DNA of 37,622 bases from Octopus bimaculoides (Eukaryota): the NCBI RefSeq assembly GCF_001194135.2, contig NC_068984.1, forward strand, positions 78,692,492 through 78,730,113, in the 5' to 3' direction. How positions within the stretch are numbered: position 1 is the stretch's first letter; each line of letters begins with the position of its first letter. Shown one piece after another: positions 10,661 through 22,320 of the stretch. The position numbers were made by a program, and so were the translations under genes. A model generated the notes under the pieces. It was not told the origin of the DNA, did no database searches, and worked only from the letters and a program-made list of their open reading frames with translations.

Positions 10661-11891
10661 CAGGGTGTGAGAGGTATTTGAGGACATATTTGGTAATTTA
10701 ATAAAGCAACTCTAATCTAGTATAAAACAAATGTGTTTTAATAAAAATTTGTGCACATGGTCTTGATAAGCTTTCTTATAAGATTATTTTATGAATCCAT
10801 CTCCAGCATCAGTGATTGTTTGAATGTGGAACTAAAATCTTTGACATACCTGCACTAAATGCTCCTTATTCATTTCAGACATCACCTGAACAACGGCAGA
10901 CTCCACTGAAGATAGGTATTGTGAGGATGTGGGTTAGTCTCTCTTTCAACAATGCTACAAACATAGTAGTCTATGGGATTTAAAATCTGGTGAGCTCGGA
11001 GTCCACAAGTTTGGTGTTACACGATTGTAAAGATTGTCAGACATTCATCCTTAGTTTACTCCGGATTTGTGAGATGGTGCTGAGTCTTGTAACATGCATG
11101 GAATTTCCACTGTGTTCTTCATTCATCTTGGGCTTAACAAATGTTTTCAGCTCTTTGATATATATACAGCAGCGTTAATTCAAAAACTCTCTGTAAACCT
11201 GTGAGGTGGCATGACATGAGCTTCATTACTCCCCACTCCTAAAGCCATCAACATTTCTAGACTCTTAGGGTGCATCACTCTGGAGGATCTGCATATAACT
11301 ATCTGTAATTTATCCTGTTTAATCTTTGGTCTTGGTTGAAAATTTTCCTATCTAGGAAGAACCAAAGCATGTCACATTCGTGAGTGTTTTATACTTGCTA
11401 ATTAACCACTTGGTACAGATCAGACGATTTTCCTGTATCTTTGCAGACATGAATTGACCGCTTTTTAGTACATACTACATGCATTGAATGTCCTCGTGCA
11501 CCTCAGTTCTGATAGTCCACTCTGACAACTGAAGGTTTTTTGGCAATGGCCCTCATTGTTAATGTTTGAACCTGTTGGATGAATTGCAGTGTCTTTATAA
11601 TGTCTGAACGTTTGGAATGTTTTTTTGTCTTGGATAACATTGATATGTTCCAGCCAGAGGCTTCTAATTGTGTGCAAAAGATCTTGTAATATTTAGAAAA
11701 TTGGCAATTTCTAATTCACTGTCTTCTGCGCATATGGCAACAATGACTGCATGACTTTTAGTTTCTTGCTTTTAGCATTTTATCTGCTATGGAAGATCTG
11801 AAAGAAATAAAAAAGAAAAACCGTTTTAATTGGCTTGAAGAAAGGAATATACTGATAAATAAGTATCTGCAAGTACCCCTCACACCCACTG
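10661..11891 (-). mobile_element. Tc1/mariner transposon remnant, DD37D (maT-type), about 1.23 kb, inactive
   Basis: Left end TA|CAGGGTGTGAGAGGTATTTG; right end CAAGTACCCCTCACACCC is its imperfect reverse complement. Minus-strand translation: WFFLDRKIFNQDQ (D1), LQDSAPSHK (D2), TPNLWTPSSPD-LNPIDYYV (D3, one +1 frameshift). 37 residues lie between D2 and D3. Confidence 0.85.
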
Positions 11892-11931
11892 TTTGTGTGT
11901 GTGAGTATATATGTATACATACATGTGTATG

Positions 11932-11964
<33 letters not shown>

Positions 11965-12037
11965 ATACATGTGTGCATATATATATGCATGTATGTGCTT
12001 ATATATATATATATATATTTGTATATATATACTACAC

Positions 12038-12200
12038 TCTCTGAGTGGTTGGTGTTAGGAAGGGCATCCAGCTGTAGAAACTCTGCCAAATCAGATTGGA
12101 GCCTGGTGTTGCCATCCGGTTTCACCAGTCCTCAGTCAAATCGTCCAACCCATGCTAGCATGGAAAGCGGATGTTAGACGATGATGATGACGACGATGAT
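12038..12200 (+). mobile_element. RTE-type retroposon 3' tail with (GAT)n end
   Basis: TTAGGAAGGGCATCCAGCTGTAGAAA...CCCATGCTAGCATGGAAAGCGGATGTTAGACGATGATGATG; related minus-strand copies at 14189 and 15425. Confidence 0.65.
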
Positions 12201-13227
12201 ATGTGTGTTTGTGTGTGTGCATGCATTGACAACCTAATCAGTGTTTTGCCTTGGGCAAGGCTTTTTGTGACTTGAGGGGTAAGAAAAATTGTTCACGNNN
12301 NNNNNNNNNNNNNNNNNNNNNNNNNNNNNNNNNNNNNNNNNNNNNNNNNNNNNNNNNNNNNNNNNNNNNNNNNNNNNNNNNNNNNNNNNNNNNNNNNNNN
12401 NNNNNNNNNNNNNNNNNNNNNNNNNNNNNNNNNNNNNNNNNNNNNNNNNNNNNNNNNNNNNNNNNNNNNNNNNNNNNNNNNNNNNNNNNNNNNNNNNNNN
12501 NNNNNNNNNNNNNNNNNNNNNNNNNNNNNNNNNNNNNNNNNNNNNNNNNNNNNNNNNNNNNNNNNNNNNNNNNNNNNNNNNNNNNNNNNNNNNNNNNNNN
12601 NNNNNNNNNNNNNNNNNNNNNNNNNNNNNNNNNNNNNNNNNNNNNNNNNNNNNNNNNNNNNNNNNNNNNNNNNNNNNNNNNNNNNNNNNNNNNNNNNNNN
12701 NNNNNNNNNNNNNNNNNNNNNNNNNNNNNNNNNNNNNNNNNNNNNNNNNNNNNNNNNNNNNNNNNNNNNNNNNNNNNNNNNNNNNNNNNNNNNNNNNNNN
12801 NNNNNNNNNNNNNNNNNNNNNNNNNNNNNNNNNNNNNNNNNNNNNNNNNNNNNNNNNNNNNNNNNNNNNNNNNNNNNNNNNNNNNNNNNNNNNNNNNNNN
12901 NNNNNNNNNNNNNNNNNNNNNNNNNNNNNNNNNNNNNNNNNNNNNNNNNNNNNNNNNNNNNNNNNNATATATATATATATATATATATATACATGTGTAT
13001 GTATGTATATATGCATGTATATCTGCTTCTGTGTGTGTATGGTTTGCGTATATGTGTGTGTATGTATATATGTATGTATACAGCCATATATATGTGTGTG
13101 TGTAAAGAAAAACCACCTGTCAAACAGAAGTGGATTAACTGAGGAGAATCAACAGTTATCTAATAGTGTGAATGAATGCATGTGCTTGTAACATATATAC
13201 ACACAGAGACTACACATACACACACAC

Positions 13228-13258
<31 letters not shown>

Positions 13259-13398
13259 CTTATATGCTTACAAACGAAATAAAAATGCTTAATACTTATG
13301 GAGCTCATATTTATTGGTATACATTATTGTGATTAAGGCAATTATGTGTGTGTGTGTGTGTGTATGTATCTATGTATATATATATATATATTTTTTAT

Positions 13399-13687
13399 GT
13401 GCCCGTTTAAAGCTTATCCAGGGTCATGGACCTGGTTTCTCGGTTTCTATGGCGTATGTGTTCCCCCCAGCTGGACAGGACGCCAGTCCTTGCAGCGTTA
13501 CTCAAGAAACAGGGAGAAAGTTGCGGCGAAAGAGTACAACAGGGGTCGCCACCACCCTCCTGCCAGACCCCCATGGAGCTTTAGGTGTTTGCGTTCAATA
13601 AACACACACAATGCCCGGTCTAGGAATCGAAACCGCGATCCTCTGACCGTGAGTCTGCTGCCCTAACCACTGGGCCATTGCACCTCC
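13399..13687 (-). mobile_element. Mosaic SINE: type B tRNA head plus a different 3' module
   Basis: 13505-13687 matches the head of 14863-15234. Minus-strand 13502->13399 instead reads AACGCTGCAAGGACTGGCGTCCTGTCCAGCTGG... Confidence 0.75.
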
Positions 13688-14188
13688 ACGTGTGTGTGTG
13701 TGTGTGTATATGTATATATGTATATATATATATGTGTGTGTGTATATATGTATGTATATATGAGGTAGGGAGGAAGAGACAATGAAAAATATAAGTTAGA
13801 CAAGTAAAACATGTAGTGAGAAAAGCATAGAAATATGAAGCAAAACAGTAACAAATCAAAGTATATTTACAATGAGAATGATATAGTGATTGAAAGGAAT
13901 AAAAGAGTACCTTATATTTCAGATTATATATATATNNNNNNNNNNNNNNNNNNNNNNNNNNNNNNNNNNNNNNNNNNNNNNNNNNNNNNNNNNNNNNNNN
14001 NNNNNNNNNNNNNNNNNNNNNNNNNNNNNNNNNNNNNNNNNNNNNNNNNNNNNNNNNNNNNNNNNNNNNNNNNNNNNNNNNNNNNNNNNNNNNNNNNNNN
14101 NNNNNNNNNNNNNNNNNNNNNNNNNNNNNNNNNNNNNNNNNNNNNNNNNNNNNNNNNNNNNNNNNNNNNNNNNNNNNNNNNNNNNNNN

Positions 14189-14395
14189 TATCATTATTTA
14201 ACATCAAATTTTTCTATGCTCGTATGGGTAAAGTAAAATTTGATGAGGCAGATTTTCTATGGCCTCCCTGTTGCCAACACTCATGTGTTTCCAAGCAAGG
14301 TAATGTTTTCCCACGGCCAGACAAGTCTTTCATGGAAGACTGGAAATGAACAGTACTACTAGTATGACAGCATCACATGATGTCAAGGAAAGGGC
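14189..14395 (-). mobile_element. SINE/retroposon fragment with RTE-like tail
   Basis: TCATTATTTAACATC..TTTTCTATGCTCGTATGGG..TGAGGCAGATTTTCTATGG, an inverted homolog of the 12038-12200 tail. Confidence 0.55.
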
Positions 14396-14469
14396 ATATC
14401 CAAATTTATTTATCTGTTTTTGTATGTATGTATGTCATGATATCTTGGCTGTTTTTCATGCTGACATGG

Positions 14470-14849
14470 GTTGAATGTATCTTTTCCTGTACAGTACCTT
14501 TTCACTTGCTGCTGTCTTTTGTTATCTCCGTTGTGAGGTGAAGTTTTCTGGCAATATCTTTCATTACTCTTTCTCAATTTGTCTTCATGTGCCTTCTATT
14601 TTGTTCATTTGGTACTGCCTTATCCAACTTTCATTCTCCAAATACATCTCACTCTTGTCCTTAGCACACTACACATGCTCCCCCCTCTTACCCCCAGTTT
14701 ATCTCTCAGTTCGTTTGTACCCCTTCATTCATGTGCACTGACATTACATATTCCAACAGTATATCCTTTTCTTTCCTTGACTCCTTCTCCTCTTTATACA
14801 TGCCCCCACATGTAGTACTTATGTTTCTTTACCTTGCAACATATTTCAT
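14470..14849 (-). mobile_element. Old RTE LINE 3' coding remnant
   Basis: Minus-strand pieces ICNVSAHE*RGTNELRDKLGVRG and ENESWIRQYQMNKIEGT resemble the RTE ORF2 C-terminus (MC....ELR.KLGVRGI...WVKKC..L.VEG). Confidence 0.55.
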
Positions 14850-14862
14850 ACACAAACTTCGT

Positions 14863-15234
14863 GGAGGCGCAATGGCCCAGTGGTTAGGGCAGCGGACTCG
14901 CGGTCATAGGATCGCGGTTTCGATTCCCAGACCAGGCATTGTGAGTGTTTATTGAGCGAAAACACCTAAAGCTCCACGAGACTCCGGCAGGGGATGGTGG
15001 CGAACCCTGCTGTACTCTTCCACCACAACTTTCTCTCACTCTTACTTCCTGTTTCTGTTGTACCTGTAATTCAAAGGGTCAGCCTTGTCACACTATGTCA
15101 CGCTGAATATCCCCGTGTACACGTGTCTGTGGAGTGCTCAGCCAATTGCACGTTAATTTCACGAGCAGGCTGTTCCGTTGATCTGATCAACTGGAACCCT
15201 TGACGTCGTAAGCGACGGAGTGCCAACAACAACA
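14863..15234 (+). mobile_element. SINE type B, full length
   Basis: A box TGGCCCAGTGG, B-box-like GGTTTCGATTCCC, (AAC)n tail. TSD ACACAAACTTC(G/A)T at 14850-14862 and 15235-15247. Confidence 0.9.
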
Positions 15235-15424
15235 ACACAAACTTCATACACTTTACCCTTCATTCAGAGAAAGTATTTCTTGTTACCAGCTGAAGTGATT
15301 GCTCCCCAAACATTTTTCATGGTGTCCTTTATCTGAATACTATGTTTTTGGAGCACTTTCCTCCACAGCTTATTCGCTCACCTAAATGAATCTATCAGCT
15401 TCTTTTAGATGAACCTCCAAGCAC

Positions 15425-15570
15425 ATCATTATCATCGTTTTAATATTTACTTTTCCATGATTGTTTGAGTTCGACAAGTTATTGAGGCAGAATTTCTACA
15501 GCTGGATACCCTTCCAGTCACCAATCTTCACTCGTTTCAAACAACCTAATATTTCTCCATTCATGGACAG
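15425..15570 (-). mobile_element. RTE-like tail fragment
   Basis: TCATCGTTTTAATATTTACTTTTCCATG...TGAGGCAGAATTTCTACAGCTGGATACCCTTCC, an inverted homolog of 12038-12200. Confidence 0.55.
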
Positions 15571-15829
15571 GATTAAAGCATTTATTTTATGACTGCTAAT
15601 CACACTGGTGCATCTGCTACATATAACTTTTTTCCTCCATGGAAATTTGATCTTTCTGCATGTCTTGTAAACGTTTGTGCAGGTATGACTGTGTAATTAA
15701 GGAGTTCTTTTTTGCAACCAGTCCTATTGCATAACACCTTGTGTTTGTATCTCCCACTATAGCCCTGGGTTGGGCTGGCCCATGGTTTGTGAATAAATCG
15801 AGGTTTTATATGTGTGTGTATATATACAG

Positions 15830-16130
15830 AGAAGGAACGTGGCTTAGTGGTTAGGATATTTGACTCAAGATCGTGAAGTCGTGATTTTGATTCTTGATGA
15901 AGCGTTGTGTCCTTGAGCAAGACACTTTATTTTACGTTGCACCAGTCTACCCAGCTGGCAAAGATGAGTGGTACTTGTAATTCAAAGGGCCAGCCTTGTC
16001 ACATTTTGAGAACTACGTTTAGGGTACACGTGTCTGGAGTGCTCAGTCACTTGCACGTTAATTTCACGATCAAGCTGTTCTGTTGACCGGATCAACTGGA
16101 ACTCTTGTCATCGTGACCGATAGAGTGCCA
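15830..16130 (+). mobile_element. SINE type D (tRNA head + CORE + type B tail)
   Basis: GTGGCTTAGTGGTTAGG head, GTTGTGTCCTTGAGCAAGACACTTTATTT CORE-like block, tail shared with 15060-15225. Confidence 0.8.
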
Positions 16131-16705
16131 TTCTCTATACAGGCACACATTAGAAAACACTAATCTAGGTGCCATGCAGTGAAACTGAACCCGAAGCCGC
16201 ATAGTTGCAAAGTGAACTTGTTAACTAAACAAGAATCACTGTGCCTCAATGTATGCACACATGCGTGCCTGTATGTATGTGCGTGCGTGTATGTGTCTGA
16301 GTGTGTGCATGCGTGTCTGTGTGCATGTGTGTCTGTGTGCTTGTGCATATATATATGTGTTTGTGCGTGCCTGTTTGTGTGTGAATGCGTGTGTGTGAGT
16401 GTTACTTTACTTGTACTTAAAACTGCAGCAGGTATTTTAAATTGAAAGCTTTTTGCTTAAATTTTTATTTCCCTTCAATTTCAGTTTGTAAATATTTAGG
16501 TGAATTTCCTTTCATTGTTGCAATATCCGAAGATTTCTTTTTGCTGCCTGAGTTACTGAATGTTGCTTGCATTTTACTTTTTTCTTTTTTTTTATTCAAT
16601 CATGCTGTAAAAGCGTGTGTTTGTGTGTTCGCGCGCGCACGCGACTGAAAAAAAGAAAAATTATATACAGCGTTTGTCGCAGCCGTTTTCTTTTTGTTAT
16701 TATTA

Positions 16706-16927
16706 GCGGTGACGAACTGGCAAAATAGTTAGCACGCAGGGAATAATGTGTAACCGCGTTTCGTCCATCTTCACGTTCTGGATTCAAATCCCGCTGAGGT
16801 TGACTTTGTTTTCCCTCCTTTTGGAGTCGATAAAATAAGTACCAGTTGAGACCTGGGGGTCGATGTAATCTTCTACTAAACCTAAATTTCAGTCATTTGT
16901 CCTATAGTAGAAAGGATGATTATTATA
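16706..16927 (+). mobile_element. SINE type A variant with alternative tail, diverged
   Basis: GCGGTGACGAACTGGCAAAATAGTTAGCACG...GAGTCGATAAAATAAGTACCAG...CCTATAGTAGAAAGGATGATTATT. Confidence 0.7.
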
Positions 16928-16954
16928 TTCTGTTAAGCTTTACATGCCTATATA

Positions 16955-17314
16955 CTGTGTTGGCACTCCGTCGGTTACGATGACGAGTGTTCCAGTTGAT
17001 CCGATCAACGGAACAGCCTGCTCGTGAAATTAACGTGTAAGTGGCTGAGCACTCCACAGACACGTGTACCCTTAACGTAGTTTTCGGGGAGATTCAGCGT
17101 GACAAGGCTGGCCCTTTGAAATACAGGTACAACAGAAACATGAAGAAAGAGTGAGAGTTGTGGTGAAAGAGTACAGCAGGGTTCACCACAACCCTTTCTG
17201 CCGGAGCCTCGTGGAGCTTTAGGTGTTTTCGCTCAGTAAACACACACAACGCCCAGTCTGGGAATCGAAACCGCGATCCTACGAACGCGAGTCCGCTGCC
17301 ACTGCGCCTCCTGT
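16955..17314 (-). mobile_element. SINE type B, near full length, small deletion in the A-box region
   Basis: Reverse complement of the 14863-15234 family; 12-bp TSD CATGCCTATATA (16943-16954, 17315-17326). Confidence 0.9.
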
Positions 17315-17847
17315 CATGCCTATATATTTGATAAGTATATTGATTGAAAATGGAATTTTTTTGATTATCTCCCCTGCACTGAGAACTGGTGTCACATCCA
17401 ACTCTTCTATTTTGTATTATACAGATTTCATACTATAATATTTGTTGCTGCCAATGTCTATGCGCATGTAATAGTTGGGTTAGTCAGTTGGTAGGTTTAG
17501 TGGCTGCATAGAGGACTGAGTTGACAGAGTACGCAGCTGCAAGTAATAGATTAAAAGTTTGCATCCTGTCGATGTCAGACTGTTGTCTCCATAGCTATCT
17601 GGGATAAGTTAACTCTCAAACTGACCTAATCCTGGCTGTAAATATTTATTGCATGGTTGCAACAGGATGCCATTGGAATCAGCTTCTCCCGGCGCACAAA
17701 AAAGGCAGAAGGACTGGCAAATGCCAACCAGGGTGATAGATTTGTTAGCATCTCTTCAGGAGAGTGAGGAAAATAATGCTTTCAGGCAGTTGCACAAAGC
17801 TTTGCGTACGCGCACGCACATACACGCACGCACACGCACACACACAA

Positions 17848-18080
17848 GGCGGCGAGCTGGCAGAAACGTTAGCACGCCGGGCGAAACGCTTAGCGGTATT
17901 TCGTTTGCCGCTACGTTCTGAGTTCAAATTCCGCCGCGGTCGACTTTGCCTTTCCTTCTTTCGGGGGTCGATTAAATAAGTACCAGCTACGCACTGGGGT
18001 CGATATAATCGACCTAATCCCTTTGTCTGTCCTTGTTTGTCCCCTCTGTGTGTAGCTCCTCGTGGGCAGTAAAGAAATAA
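17848..18080 (+). mobile_element. SINE type A, full length
   Basis: GGCGGCGAGCTGGCAGAAACGTTAGCACG...GAGTTCAAATTCCGCC...GGGGTCGAT...AGTAAAGAAATAA; homolog of 1816-2040. Confidence 0.9.
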
Positions 18081-19024
18081 CATCAAAGAAACACAATTTC
18101 GCACATTATATATATATTTGAATTATAGAATATATAATGNNNNNNNNNNNNNNNNNNNNNNNNNNNNNNNNNNNNNNNNNNNNNNNNNNNNNNNNNNNNN
18201 NNNNNNNNNNNNNNNNNNNNNNNNNNNNNNNNNNNNNNNNNNNNNNNNNNNNNNNNNNNNNNNNNNNNNNNNNNNNNNNNNNNNNNNNNNNNNNNNNNNN
18301 NNNNNNNNNNNNNNNNNNNNNNNNNNNNNNNNNNNNNNNNNNNNNNNNNNNNNNNNNNNNNNNNNNNNNNNNNCCCATTCGCATATTCGTATGACGTGCT
18401 GTGTGCCTGCATATGCAGGTTTGTAATGGTTAAATCGATCAGTGTTTTCTTAATTGAGTTTAAAGGGTGTTGTCTGGAACAACATTTAATTATCAACATT
18501 GTAGATTGTGATTTGTAGGTAATATTGGTTTTGTAGATATAGCTATAAATAGTGAAAAAAAAAAAAAAAGACTTCTATATTCTATAGATTGATCAAAAGC
18601 ATTCTGTCGAAGCAAAAAGCATTCTACCTGTGATATCTTTGAAGGTGTGCCAAAGTATATTACCGTGTGTACTGTGCCCTTCTTTAATAGTGAACTAATG
18701 AGTGGGTGGTGGGAAATGTTACTGTCGACTTCTACACGTAATCTTGTGACACGTGTATTCCGATTTCGCATATACGTACTTATGAGTGTATACACACACA
18801 CACACACACACGCACATTTGTGTGTGGGTGTGTATTTATATATATAAACGATGCAATTGTTTCTATGTCTCCACAATACATTCATGTAGACCACACAGGC
18901 AGAGTAAAACGGTCAGCATACACACACACACACACACACATAGATATACCTCACGTCGAAATTTATATAAATAGTTATGATATAAAAAATTATATCCGTT
19001 CTTAGGCTATAAGGCACAATGCCT

Positions 19025-19345
19025 TGAGAAGTTCATTTCGCAGCCACGTGGTCGTGTATTCCTTCACACCGCGTAGCATTTTGAGTCAGTATTTTCTCCT
19101 ATAACTTCGTGCTGACCAATGTCTTGTGATTGAAATTGGTAGATGTAAACTGTGTGTGGGTGGAGGATGCGTTTCTGTGTGTCTGTCTCTACATGTTTTT
19201 TTAAAGTATCATCGCTAGTAAAAAAAAATGACATGTTTATCTCCTATAAACTAATGATTTGATACACACAAAACTAGGTCCTGGGGTTGATATGATTAAC
19301 TAAAACATTTCAGGGTGTTGTTCCAGTACTTCTTTAAATAGAAAT
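19025..19345 (+). mobile_element. Old, decayed SINE type C
   Basis: Collinear remnants: GCAGCCACGTGGTC..., CTATAACTTCGTGCTGACCAATGTCTTGTGA..TTGGTAGATG.AAACTG, GTCCTGGGGTTGAT. Confidence 0.5.
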
Positions 19346-19815
19346 CGGTTACACCTATGGTGTTACAAGGGATTGCGAATAACTACGATGTAAAGCGAGC
19401 TCATGTATAATGTTGGTGTGCAGTGGGATCAGTAATAGCTGCAAAGAGCACACTAACAGTGTAAAGAGTGAACACTCAGCTGCGCTATAAAGTGGGATCC
19501 CTATTGAGAGCTAGGGTGTAAACAGGGAACACTGATGAGGATAGCATGTTCAAGAAATTACGACTAACAGCTATTTGCAGAATGAGACACCTGGGGGATA
19601 AAGATGGATCCATAATAATGACTGTATGAGGGATTGCTAAAAACTGTAGTCTAATAGGGAATATCCTTGACATCTGCAGTGTGCTGAAGGACGGCTGACA
19701 ATTAGAATACAATGAGGAATCGGCACTGCCATCTACAATGCATATCGTATAAAGTGAGGTCACCTTTGACGGTCACGGTCATTACGCCAACGCGCGCACA
19801 CACACACATACCATG

Positions 19816-20190
19816 TTTCAGTCGTTAGGCTACAGCCATACTGGGGCACTGTCTTGTAGAATTTTTAATCGAATGTATCAACTCCAGTACTTATTTTTTT
19901 AAAGCCTGGTACTTATTTTGTCGTTCTTTTATTGCCGAACCGCTTCTGTTTAGGGGATGAAAACACACGAACACCGGCTGTCAAGCAGTGGTGGTGGACA
20001 AATACGCACATAAATGTACACACACATACGAAAGGCTTCTTTCAGTTTCTGACCACCAAATCCACTCACAAGGTTTTAGTCGGCCCAAGGTTATAGTAGA
20101 AGACACTTGTCCAAGGTTCCATGCTGTGGGACTGAACGCAGAACCATGTGGTTGGGAAGCAAGTTTCTTACCACACAGCCACGCCTACAC
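19816..20190 (-). mobile_element. SINE type C, full length, inserted in the 28-bp array
   Basis: TTTCAGTC...CTGGGGCACTG...GGTACTTATT...CTTCTTTCAGTTTC...AGAAGACACTTGTCCAAGG...TCTTACCACACAGCCACGCC. Confidence 0.85.
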
Positions 20191-20525
20191 GTACACACTA
20201 TAACTGACACTTAAAGTTTAATGACGGATCAGCACTGACATCTTCAGTCAGAGCAGAAATTATTGAAAATTACAGAGAAAAATAGGATAATTGATAACTA
20301 TCGTGTTAAGAGGTGGTATCTAATGTGAAGAGGGTTCAATCGCCACGAACAACTATAATATAAGGACGAGCCAACACCGATGGATTCAGTGACAGTGGAT
20401 CATTAAGACCAGCTACTATGTAAAACGTGATCACAACTGACAAACACCGTGTAAAATGGACACACACACACACACACACACACTAGTGATATAAAGCGGT
20501 GTCAGTCCAATTTCAGCGTCTAGTT

Positions 20526-20975
20526 CTGTTTTCAAAACGGGATTTCCTGGAACCTTCAGGTTCCGTGTGATGTTCCTAGGGATTCACCCAGAAATACTGA
20601 CAATTAGGCTAATTATATGGAAAAGTATTTTTAATTAATTCCATGTTCATCATTTTGAGATACAAGAACAGCATATTTCTGAGGGATATTCTGGTATCTG
20701 TGAGTAGTAAGATGAGCTTACCGGAAAGAAATGACCTTTTAATATGATTTCGTTTAATTAGTTTTTTGGTTAAAGGGAAATTACTTAAACTTTCTTCGAG
20801 GCATCTGATGGGTTTAGCATTGTCAAACGTTTCAAAGACAGTTTTTATGGCTACTTTAATCCTGTATTGAAATTTGAATTAATGCTAGAAAAAGAAACTA
20901 ATTTTTATGTTGGTATTCCTTGAGACGGGGGACATTTCTAGGATTCTCAAGAATTAAAAGGCAAGGAAACGCCGG
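20526..20975. mobile_element. Probable old hAT-like MITE inserted in the array
   Basis: Non-array AT-rich block starting CTGTTTTCAAAACGGGATTTCCTGGAACC..GGTTCCG and ending AAAAGGCAAGGAAACGCCG, resembling decayed CAGTGTTTTCAAA/GAAACACTG hAT ends. No clean TSD. Confidence 0.4.
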
Positions 20976-22097
20976 TGTAGAGAGATATCACAATCAACAG
21001 CTAAAGTGTTAAGTGGGGTTCAATGACATCTACAATTTAAAAAAAATGTTATTAGCAACTGCAGTGTGGAAAGGGATATACTACTAACAGATGCAGTGCA
21101 ACGAGGGATTACTAATGAATACAGTGTAAAAATGCATAACCATTGTCAAGTACATGATGAAGAGAGATCAGTGATAATGTAAAAGGAATCATTGAAACTT
21201 AGGTACAAAAAAAAAGGTATTACGTTTAATGTTGAGATGGATTGCTATCAAGTACAGTTTAAATAGGGGCCATGACAAATATGTGTAAAGAAGAATCATT
21301 ACTGACAACCATGGTGTAAAGAGTGGGGCCATTGTGAAGAAGGATCGTTGAAAAATGAATTTTTGCGAGGTCACTACTGCCTGCTACAATATGAAGAGAG
21401 TTCATCACTGAAATTTACAATGTAAATAGGAACCCAAACTAATAGCTACAACGAGAAGGAGTATCACTGTTGAGAACTACGGTGTAAAAAGGGATTAGAT
21501 ATGTACATTGTAAAGAGGAATCAGTAACAGCTCAATGCAAAAGTTGATCAAGCAGAACGGTGTTGAGATTGCCGCCAATTACAGAGTGAAGGGGGGGGGG
21601 ACCACTGAGAGATACAGTGTAAAAAGGGTCACAGCTAGTAACTACAGTGCGACAAGGGATTACTGACAAATACAGTGCAAAATTGGATCGTTGGTAGAGG
21701 GATCACTGCCAACAACCGAGATATCACTATCAACAATTTTTCTTTACAGTGTATACTGGGGATACTAAAAGCTACAGTGTAAAGTGGGATCACTAACGAC
21801 GGCTACAATGTCAAGAGAACTCGGTGACAGCTGTAATGTCAATAGGGTATTAATGGCAATGAACGTGATATATGATCATCACTGACAGCCTCGGTGTAAA
21901 AAAATAGGCCTCTGACAAATACGTTTCAGATTAGGATCACTCACAACAGCAAGAGGGATCATTGAAAGGTAAAGTGAAAAAAATCGATCACAACTGCCTA
22001 CTTTATTGTAATAAAAGTCACTGACAACTCTGTAAAGAAAGGCCACTTGGTAGCGACCGTGTACTGAGGGATCATTATCGAGAACTACAGACAAGTA

Positions 22098-22320
22098 GCT
22101 TAAGCGATAACTGATTTGACGGGCAACACTTTTCTTTAATGTTTTATGTAGTGTTTTTGGTACCGAAACATTTTCAAACTTCGTATACTTGTATATTTTG
22201 TGTTATAGAACAAATAAAAAATTTTGTATTCGAAGTTATTTCATGTAAAAAATTGTCTTATTTCGATAATTTCAACCAATCACTGACGTCTATTCAGTTG
22301 AATACAGTTACTGCTGTGGC
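22098..22320. mobile_element. Unclassified interspersed-repeat fragment interrupting the array
   Basis: Loss of 28-bp periodicity. Contains CCAATCACTGACGTCTATTCAGTTGAATACAGTTACTGCTG, which I recall as an octopus repeat; family unknown. Confidence 0.35.

Noticed and set aside
14863-14940. tRNA gene (and the other tRNA-like heads)
   Set aside because: Continues into a SINE body with tail and TSD; no clean cloverleaf.
18406-18419. 14-bp palindrome CCTGCATATGCAGG (POU MORE-like)
   Set aside because: A single short palindrome in TG/CA/TA-rich context; chance is adequate.
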